This document shows positions 1 through 6,692 of a stretch of 28,614 nucleotides of DNA, one piece after another; the first letter of the stretch is position 1; the number at the start of each line of letters is the position of its first letter. The notes under the pieces were generated by a model. It did no database searches. It was not told where the DNA came from and saw only the letters and a program-made list of their open reading frames with translations. Position numbers and translations under genes: made by a program. The stretch is from a virus (Duplodnaviria > Caudoviricetes): positions 1 through 28,614 of IMG/VR virus record IMGVR_UViG_3300009703_000080; one strand, given 5' to 3'.

Positions 1-1
1 C

Positions 2-169
2 GATACAGATGCGAATGATTACACAACGCAAGAACAAACATGGATAGCAGGGTTTACACTTAAAGCTGGGTGGGTACAAAAATTACCACAGATGTTGGCA
101 ACTGCAGAAAGACTAAAAGCATTAAGTTACACTGACCAAACTATAATAGATATTTTAAGAGAATATTAA
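2..169 (+). CDS. 3' end of an unknown gene (partial, open at window start)
   Basis: Frame 2 is open from base 2 (DTDANDYTTQEQTWIAGF...TIIDILREY) to TAA at 167-169; not in the ORF track because it lacks a start. Confidence 0.75.
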   Translation, partial: DTDANDYTTQEQTWIAGFTLKAGWVQKLPQMLATAERLKALSYTDQTIIDILREY

Positions 170-174
170 AAAAA

Positions 175-187
175 ATTAGTATAATAA
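175..187 (+). promoter_or_regulatory. Repeated motif ATTAGTATAATAA, copy 1 (-10-like, no -35); candidate phage promoter
   Basis: Identical 13-mer at 2494-2506; both copies are intergenic just after a stop codon and contain TATAAT. Confidence 0.55.
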
Positions 188-209
188 GACATGGATAATG
201 TTTTAGGGA

Positions 210-238
210 TTGACATAGAAATAGTAAAAGCGTATAAT
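210..238 (+). promoter_or_regulatory. Consensus sigma-70/sigma-A promoter
   Basis: TTGACA (210-215), 17-nt spacer, TATAAT (233-238); followed by SD AGGAGA (261-266) and ATG at 273. Confidence 0.85.
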
Positions 239-272
239 ACTTATTACAGAACAAAGTAATAGGAGAGAATAT

Positions 273-695
273 ATGCCGATACGAGACAAAATACATAAAC
301 ATTATTGGAATGACCCGAAGTGGTGGCAAGATGATGATTACGTAGAGTTTCCAGTCTTAACTTATAAGAAACATTATTCTAGAACCAAAACCGTAGAAAA
401 AAAAATCAAGAGTTTATTAAGAAGAGGAAAACCTTTTTTATTAAACACTAACATCCTTACGGGTGATGATATACTTTACGTAAGTGGTTTTAACGAAATG
501 GTGGAACCATACAGAGATGCTTCTGAGGAATGCAGAGAAGTATGGCAAGCAAAAAAAGAAGAAGGGTATTATTTACATATAAGTAATTGCCTACCATTCT
601 TAAATGGTTTTAGACCAGTTTGGGGAGAACCACCACCACAAAGAAAACGAAGAACCTCTATAAAAAGAGGCATTAGTTCTAGGAGAAATGCGTAA
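273..695 (+). CDS. Hypothetical protein (140 aa, basic C-terminus)
   Basis: Strong SD and its own consensus promoter; TAATG overlap with next gene; no recognisable motif. Confidence 0.8.
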   Translation: MPIRDKIHKHYWNDPKWWQDDDYVEFPVLTYKKHYSRTKTVEKKIKSLLRRGKPFLLNTNILTGDDILYVSGFNEMVEPYRDASEECREVWQAKKEEGYYLHISNCLPFLNGFRPVWGEPPPQRKRRTSIKRGISSRRNA

Positions 696-928
696 TGCAA
701 GAAGAGCTTAAAAAAGATTTAGAAACATTAGAAAAAGAGGGTCAAGAACTAAGAACCCAACTTGCAAGTTTAGATACTCAAAGACAAACATTAATTGCAA
801 GAATACAACAAGTGGACGGGGCGGCAGCTTACCTAAGAGGTAAACTTGGAACTGTTCCAGAAGATATAGCAGAAGAAATAGCCGAAGAAAAGTCAGATGA
901 AATAACGGAGGATAATTCGGAGGCTTAA
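695..928 (+). CDS. Small coiled-coil protein with acidic tail (77 aa)
   Basis: Heptad Leu pattern (LKKDLETLEKEGQELRTQLASL); SD AGGAGA upstream; coupled to previous ORF. Confidence 0.8.
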   Translation: MQEELKKDLETLEKEGQELRTQLASLDTQRQTLIARIQQVDGAAAYLRGKLGTVPEDIAEEIAEEKSDEITEDNSEA

Positions 929-931
929 AAA

Positions 932-2050
932 ATGCCAACATCGGCAACACCATATTTTGACTTTGTAGAAGTTTTTGATGGCAGTTCATTTACTGATAAA
1001 ACATTAGAAGCTCAATCACCAGGGGGAACTGCGTTTTCAGTGCTAGAAGGTACTGATGATTTTTTGTATTTAGGAGATGCTTCTAGATTTGATATGGCAG
1101 TATTTGAGTTAGCAAGTAACGGTAGCTTAGGTACACTTAAATATGAATACTGGAACGGTTCAGCGTTTACTGAATTTACACCTTTATCGGCATCATACCA
1201 ACTTGACCCAGATGATAATGAAGACACTATGTATAGTTTTTCAGGGGACGGAGCAGAACAAATACCTGTAGGTAGACTTGCAAATTGGGCGACTACAACT
1301 ATTGATAGTGAAAGTGCTTTTTGGATACGTATAAGTAGTCCAACTTCTGTTACTACAGCACCTTCAATAAAAAGCATTAAAAAGAGAGGGATTAATACTT
1401 ATTGTGCCCCTCCTGATGTATACAGTCTATTACAACTAGAAGGTGTGCTCGGTAGCGATAACTTTACAAGTAGCACAACACCATCTCTAAAAACTGTAGA
1501 AACTTTAATTAATGAAGCAGAAAGTAAGATAGACCATATTACAAGAAAGTCTTGGAGACCTAACATTGCATACAATGAATATCACGAGTTCAATATTAAC
1601 GGTTTTAAACTAGATAAAGCTGACCCATATAAAATTGTAAATTTTAAAATTTGGAACGGTGGTAATTATGATACTAAAACACAAGGTAGAAAAAGTGATT
1701 TCTTTTTAATTAAAGATACAGGTATGTTGCATTTTTCAAGATACTTTTTATTACCTGCTAGATTCACATCTTATAATGCACCATTGTTTAGGTTTGGTGG
1801 GGGAGAGTTTACACAACCAATCAAAGTAGATTATCTGTACGGAAAAGATATACACACAGACACAAGAGAAGGTGCTTTAATTACAGAGGTTTGCAAAAAA
1901 TTAGTTGCTGCAGACATTTTAAGAAACGCCGACTTTGGAGATGTTACAGTGAGTGGATTAGATAGAGTTTCAATTAGTGAAAAAGTAAATCAATTTACTC
2001 AAGAAAGTATGGATGTATTAGATAGCTTAAGAGCTTTTGAGGTGTTTTAA
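932..2050 (+). CDS. Putative head-tail adaptor (neck protein) with an extra N-terminal beta domain
   Basis: From about aa 155 it reads TYCAPPDV...VETLINEAESKIDHITRKSW...VDYLYG...VCKKLVAADIL, the pattern of HK97 gp6/SPP1 gp15-like adaptors; lies directly upstream of terminator and tail tube. Confidence 0.65.
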   Translation: MPTSATPYFDFVEVFDGSSFTDKTLEAQSPGGTAFSVLEGTDDFLYLGDASRFDMAVFELASNGSLGTLKYEYWNGSAFTEFTPLSASYQLDPDDNEDTMYSFSGDGAEQIPVGRLANWATTTIDSESAFWIRISSPTSVTTAPSIKSIKKRGINTYCAPPDVYSLLQLEGVLGSDNFTSSTTPSLKTVETLINEAESKIDHITRKSWRPNIAYNEYHEFNINGFKLDKADPYKIVNFKIWNGGNYDTKTQGRKSDFFLIKDTGMLHFSRYFLLPARFTSYNAPLFRFGGGEFTQPIKVDYLYGKDIHTDTREGALITEVCKKLVAADILRNADFGDVTVSGLDRVSISEKVNQFTQESMDVLDSLRAFEVF

Positions 2051-2490
2051 TGCCAAATGAACCAATGCCAGCTAGTGAAGTTTTAGATGAGTTAGACTCA
2101 CAATGGAACGCTAGTAACGTAACTGAACCAAATTATATTGAAGTCACAGGTGCAAATGACCCTGTGCGATTTAATTTAAATAGAGCTGACTATATTATAG
2201 GTAGGGCAGGTTCACCTGAAATACAAGAGACTCCAATCGCCAACTATAAATATGGAAACAGAGTTTATAGAGTGGTATTAGAGGTATATACAAAAGATAG
2301 TCGGCAAAAATTATATAACTTAATGAGAGAGATTAGAAGAATATGTCACGCTAGAGTGCACAGTTTAACTAATTTTCAAAGAATTACATTCAATCAATTC
2401 GCTGAAGACAACTCTGAACAAGCAAATGTGTGGGTGGGCACAGTGGATATTGAATTAGTTAATAATGCTGTTTTGTTAGAAATTACCTAA
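2050..2490 (+). CDS. Putative tail terminator / tail completion protein
   Basis: 146 aa alpha/beta protein between adaptor and tail tube; size and synteny typical of lambda gpU/SPP1 gp17-like proteins. Confidence 0.55.
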   Translation: MPNEPMPASEVLDELDSQWNASNVTEPNYIEVTGANDPVRFNLNRADYIIGRAGSPEIQETPIANYKYGNRVYRVVLEVYTKDSRQKLYNLMREIRRICHARVHSLTNFQRITFNQFAEDNSEQANVWVGTVDIELVNNAVLLEIT

Positions 2491-2493
2491 CAG

Positions 2494-2506
2494 ATTAGTA
2501 TAATAA
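2494..2506 (+). promoter_or_regulatory. Repeated motif ATTAGTATAATAA, copy 2, upstream of the tail tube gene
   Basis: Identical to 175-187; followed by SD AAGGAG and ATG at 2523. Confidence 0.55.
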
Positions 2507-2522
2507 ATAGAAGGAGATTAAT

Positions 2523-4271
2523 ATGGCAGTTTATCGGTCAGACCAAGCACAATTTACATACGGAACTGAGCACGGACAGGGTGGTCGTCCTGAACTTGCG
2601 TCTAACACAACAGAAACAAGTAGTGGATACTCTACAACTATGTCATCTGCAGCTAGTCCAGGAGACAGACAAATAAGTGTGGCTGCTGTGCCTACTGCAA
2701 CAGGAACAGTTCAAGTAGGAGATTTTATACGTATAGGTAATGAAGCAAACAACTCTCAAATAAGAAGAGTAGAAAAATTAGATTCTTCAGCTAACGTATT
2801 ATTTTTAGATGTGCCATTAGCTTTCCCAGTTGTTGCGAGCCAAGAAGTAAAAGAAGTAGATAGCGTGACAGCGGCAGCAAATGACCAATTAATACATTGG
2901 GTGCCAGGAGTTTATGAAACAGTTGATGTACCTGACCCAGAGATGTCAATTGAAGGTAGAAGACTACTAGGTGAGAGTGCAAAAAGAAACTTTGGTATCG
3001 CATATAGTGGACAACAATCTTATAGTGGGTCTGTTGGTGGATTCGTTCTTTTAGACGGGACACCACTAAGATTCCCTATTGGAAATGTACAGACAGCTGC
3101 TTTTCAATCAGATAATTCTGATGCAATAGCGGCTATATCAGGTAATCCAACAGCAACAGCATCTAAGGGAGATATCTTCTGCACAACTTCATCAGGTACA
3201 AATATATCGGCTGATGATATTTTAGTTTTTGGATATATTGGCTCAAGTCAAGTAATGACAAATGCAACAACTCAAGAAATAAGAAGAGTTGTGTCTAAAT
3301 CAAGTGATGAAATTAGATTAGATTATCCGTTAAACTTTGCTCATTCATCAGTAACATTGAAAAAAGTGACGAGCTTGTCTTATTACAAACACTTAATTAG
3401 TGAAACAACTAACCTAGATACTCTATCATGGAATATAAAAATGGTAGATACCGATGAAAGCAATGAATTTACAAGAAGTTACTATGGTGGAATGATAGAC
3501 AGTGCAACACTAACTGGAGAAGAAGGTGGATTAGTATCATACAGTTGGGACACAGTTCCTTTTATGGGAATGGTACATAACCAAGGGGATTATGAAGGTG
3601 TGACTAATGATTTGACACAACAATATCCTGGTGGTCCAGCAGCTAGTGAACTTCCATTTTTTCATATGATGCAAACAATAGGTTCAGGTGCAATTGGTAA
3701 TCCTTTAACTGTAGGTAGTGGTTCTGTAAATAAAAGTTTTGCAACTACTGAACCCTATTATTTTTCACAAGGTGAATTAAAAATGCATGGAATTACTTTT
3801 GCTAGAGTAAGAAGTTTTAGTTTAGGTATTTCAAATGGTGTAGAGCCAAGATATTATGTAAAACCGATACATGGCAGACACAGAGGTCCAAATGAATTAA
3901 GAGAACAAGCTAGAGAGTATTCGTTTTCTTGTACTATAGCTTCTGAAGACTCAGCAGCAGGCACCTCTACAGCAGAAAACGCAAATGCATTATTCAAAGA
4001 GTTAATCTTAGAAGGTGATTATGGAACACCATCTGCTGCAAATAAAGCAGGTATAGATATTGTTCTAACTTTCGAGAGAGGAACTAATGATAAAATAGTA
4101 GTAACAGTCCCTGATGATGGGTCTGCGACTAAAGGTCTAAATGAACAAGGAGCGTTTATTACATCTGCGAATCATTCGATAGATGGAAACAATCCAATAC
4201 AAGCAGACGTAAATATGGTATTTAGGAATATGAAAATCGAGGTATTCGACACACTTCCTGTATACCCATAA
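2523..4271 (+). CDS. Major tail (tube) protein with inserted decoration domains
   Basis: Tube-like segments (YGTE at N-terminus, GGMIDSATLTGEEGGLV, PYYFSQG, VRSFSLGISNGVEPRYY, REYSFSCTI); directly upstream of chaperone pair and tape measure; strong SD. Confidence 0.75.
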   Translation: MAVYRSDQAQFTYGTEHGQGGRPELASNTTETSSGYSTTMSSAASPGDRQISVAAVPTATGTVQVGDFIRIGNEANNSQIRRVEKLDSSANVLFLDVPLAFPVVASQEVKEVDSVTAAANDQLIHWVPGVYETVDVPDPEMSIEGRRLLGESAKRNFGIAYSGQQSYSGSVGGFVLLDGTPLRFPIGNVQTAAFQSDNSDAIAAISGNPTATASKGDIFCTTSSGTNISADDILVFGYIGSSQVMTNATTQEIRRVVSKSSDEIRLDYPLNFAHSSVTLKKVTSLSYYKHLISETTNLDTLSWNIKMVDTDESNEFTRSYYGGMIDSATLTGEEGGLVSYSWDTVPFMGMVHNQGDYEGVTNDLTQQYPGGPAASELPFFHMMQTIGSGAIGNPLTVGSGSVNKSFATTEPYYFSQGELKMHGITFARVRSFSLGISNGVEPRYYVKPIHGRHRGPNELREQAREYSFSCTIASEDSAAGTSTAENANALFKELILEGDYGTPSAANKAGIDIVLTFERGTNDKIVVTVPDDGSATKGLNEQGAFITSANHSIDGNNPIQADVNMVFRNMKIEVFDTLPVYP

Positions 4272-4289
4272 TAAATAGGAGGACATTTA

Positions 4290-4661
4290 ATGTCAGATGA
4301 GCTGAAGACGGATGGCTTTAATCTTGAGGATTATCAGATTAAAAGAGGTCCAGAAAAGAAAACTATAACAGTTGAAGAGACAGGAGCTTCTTTTGAAGTT
4401 ACTGTTAAAGAAATGTCTTGGAGCAAAAGGAATCAGTTAATTTCAAAATGTATGAAATTTGATTCTAAAGGTAATACAAATTTCCAAGCAGATGAATATG
4501 TTAGAAGTTGTTTAAGAGAAATGATAGTGAACGCACCTTGGGGAGCTACCACAGAAACATTTTTACTAAGCATAGACACTAGATTAGGTGGGGCTTTAGA
4601 AAGATTAGTTCCATCAGCATTTGGTGAAGACGATAAGGTTGACCAAGTAAAAAAAGAGTGA
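4290..4661 (+). CDS. Tail assembly chaperone (lambda gpG-like)
   Basis: 123 aa, between tube and tape measure, ends VKKE at a slippery A-run; SD AGGAGG. Confidence 0.8.
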   Translation: MSDELKTDGFNLEDYQIKRGPEKKTITVEETGASFEVTVKEMSWSKRNQLISKCMKFDSKGNTNFQADEYVRSCLREMIVNAPWGATTETFLLSIDTRLGGALERLVPSAFGEDDKVDQVKKE

Positions 4662-4699
4662 TGAGGGTTCTGAGGGGGTCATCCGACCTGAATCCTCAT
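4649..4699 (+). other. Programmed -1 ribosomal frameshift signal (slippery heptamer plus stem-loop)
   Basis: A AAA AAA (4649-4655) in X XXY YYZ register; 5-nt spacer; ATGAGGGTTC (4661-4670) pairs with GAATCCTCAT (4690-4699); downstream ORF is in the -1 frame. Confidence 0.8.
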
Positions 4700-4876
4700 G
4701 AAATGGTGACCTATAGATATTGGATGGTTGTGCTGTCGCTACTAAAAGATGGTATACCTTACGGAGTCATACAAGAGGCTACCGATGATGAGATATCTAT
4801 TTTAGTAGGTATAAATGCGGCATTGAAACAAAAAGAAAATGAAGATATGGAGAGACAAGCCGCTAAGGCTTATTAA
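4658..4876 (+). CDS. Tail assembly chaperone extension (gpT-like; likely made as a G-T fusion 4290-4876)
   Basis: In the -1 frame relative to 4290..4661 and open through the slippery site; no SD for its own GTG/ATG. Confidence 0.75.
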   Translation: MMRVLRGSSDLNPHEMVTYRYWMVVLSLLKDGIPYGVIQEATDDEISILVGINAALKQKENEDMERQAAKAY

Positions 4877-4882
4877 ATAAAT

Positions 4883-6112
4883 ATGGCAGATAATTTAATT
4901 GCAAAATTAATGATTGATTCCACTGGTGGAAATAATGGTGGCGACCAAGGTTCAGGTGAACCAGGTTTCATGGAAAGACTGTTTAAAGTAGGTAACGAAA
5001 TTAGAAAAAACGGTCTTAAAGGCATGAGAACTAGTTTAGGTATTAATCTAGGTATTGGTGCAATTCTTAAACAGTCACAGATATTTACTGGTCTCTTTGG
5101 TACATTATTCCAAATTCTAGGTGCACTAGCAGACGTATTATTAATGCCTCTGGTGCCTTTCTTTTTACCACTAATAAAACTATTAGCTAAAGCTATTCCT
5201 CTTGTTCAAAGATATTCACAAAATATTGTAGATGGTGTAGTAGGTATTTTTAGTTTTATTGGAGATATGTTTAAATCAGTTGCTGGTTTTTTTGGTCTTA
5301 GTGGGGGAGAAACTTTTGATAAACTGCTAGGGAATGTTGGAAAAGGTCTTGTAATGTTGTTAACAACTTATGGATTACTTAAAATTACAGGAATATGGAG
5401 TTTAGCAAAAGTTTTCTTTAAAACTGAATTAGGGCAAAAACTTGTACAGAAATATCTGTCACCACTTCTTAGTAATATTCTAAAATATGTTACGCAAGGA
5501 TTCCCAAATTTTATAAAGGGTATACCTGCCATGATTATCAAAGGAACAAAAGGTTTAGTTCAAGGTGCTGTAAAGACTGTTGTAGAGGTAGTAAAGTTTT
5601 TAGGTCAAACAATATCTAAATTAATTCCTCAAACACTTAAAAACTTTGGTGCAAGAGTTGTGAGCACATTAGGGTCAGTTATTAAATTTATAATGAAACC
5701 TTTTTCAGGACTTATAACTAAAATTGCGTTGGGTTTATCTAAAATTCCTGGTCTTGGTGGATTAGGAAAAGGATTACTTGGTAAAGCAGCCACAGGAGCT
5801 AAATTTATACCAGGTCTTGGAGCAATAGTTACAGCAGGATTTGGAGTTAGAGATACTATACAGGCTTTTCAAGAAGGTGGTCTTAAATCAGGTTTATTAG
5901 AAGGTGCTGGAGCTGCAGTTAAAACAGCAGGAGCATTAGGTGGATTACCAACAGCATTACTAACTAGTGTAGTAACAGACGCAGTTGTAAATAATCTTCA
6001 AACTAAAATTGTTATAGAACCAGGGATAGATGCTCAAGCTAAAGTAATTCAAGAACGAAACAACATGGAACAAACATTAAATATGTATGATATGCAGGAG
6101 TCAACCCCATAA
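4883..6112 (+). CDS. Putative tape measure protein (short, 409 aa)
   Basis: Follows the chaperone pair; Gly/Leu/Ile/Phe/Lys-rich amphipathic helical repeats and hydrophobic stretches. Confidence 0.7.
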   Translation: MADNLIAKLMIDSTGGNNGGDQGSGEPGFMERLFKVGNEIRKNGLKGMRTSLGINLGIGAILKQSQIFTGLFGTLFQILGALADVLLMPLVPFFLPLIKLLAKAIPLVQRYSQNIVDGVVGIFSFIGDMFKSVAGFFGLSGGETFDKLLGNVGKGLVMLLTTYGLLKITGIWSLAKVFFKTELGQKLVQKYLSPLLSNILKYVTQGFPNFIKGIPAMIIKGTKGLVQGAVKTVVEVVKFLGQTISKLIPQTLKNFGARVVSTLGSVIKFIMKPFSGLITKIALGLSKIPGLGGLGKGLLGKAATGAKFIPGLGAIVTAGFGVRDTIQAFQEGGLKSGLLEGAGAAVKTAGALGGLPTALLTSVVTDAVVNNLQTKIVIEPGIDAQAKVIQERNNMEQTLNMYDMQESTP

Positions 6113-6684
6113 TGGCATACGTAAGAGCAGCAAATTCAACTGAGACATTATCAGTATTACTTAGAAATGGTGAACATGATAACACTAACAGTAAAGAAGC
6201 AACTATAAAGTTTGCTTTAAAGTGTGATACGTTTGCTGTTAATATTGGTAAGACCCCTATTCAAATACCAATCCCAGGTGCATCTCCTGAATTATTAGAT
6301 TTAAATATTTTTAGACCATCCGTTACTATATCAGGAGTAGTGGACACTGTTCAACCTAGTCCAACCACTTTAACAATTGGTGGAGAAACTTACACAATAC
6401 CCTTTAAAAATCAACTTGAAAATGCCGTATATGATTTTGCAGCATCAGATGACTTGTTAGTAGAAGTAGAAGTTGGAGATACTACATTCCCAGCCAATGG
6501 TGATAATGGTTATTCATCTAATGTGATTGATAGTGCAGCTAGTCATACGGGTGGTGGTATATATAGAGTAGCTGTGCAAAGTGCACGATTTGGAGTCAAT
6601 GCTGCTAAAGAAGACAGATATGATTTTAGTATGCAGTTTATAGCGGCAGCAAGACAAGACTTTGTTGATAAACCAGGAAACTAG
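6112..6684 (+). CDS. Putative distal tail (Dit-like) protein
   Basis: 190 aa beta-rich protein between tape measure and tail tip; PIQIPIPG...LDL...SVTISGVV and terminal YDFSMQF pattern; call mainly from synteny. Confidence 0.55.
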   Translation: MAYVRAANSTETLSVLLRNGEHDNTNSKEATIKFALKCDTFAVNIGKTPIQIPIPGASPELLDLNIFRPSVTISGVVDTVQPSPTTLTIGGETYTIPFKNQLENAVYDFAASDDLLVEVEVGDTTFPANGDNGYSSNVIDSAASHTGGGIYRVAVQSARFGVNAAKEDRYDFSMQFIAAARQDFVDKPGN

Positions 6685-6692
6685 GAGGATAC

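Noticed and set aside
866-889. 12-nt tandem repeat encoding IAEEIAEE
   Set aside because: Only two imperfect copies in a low-complexity acidic tail.
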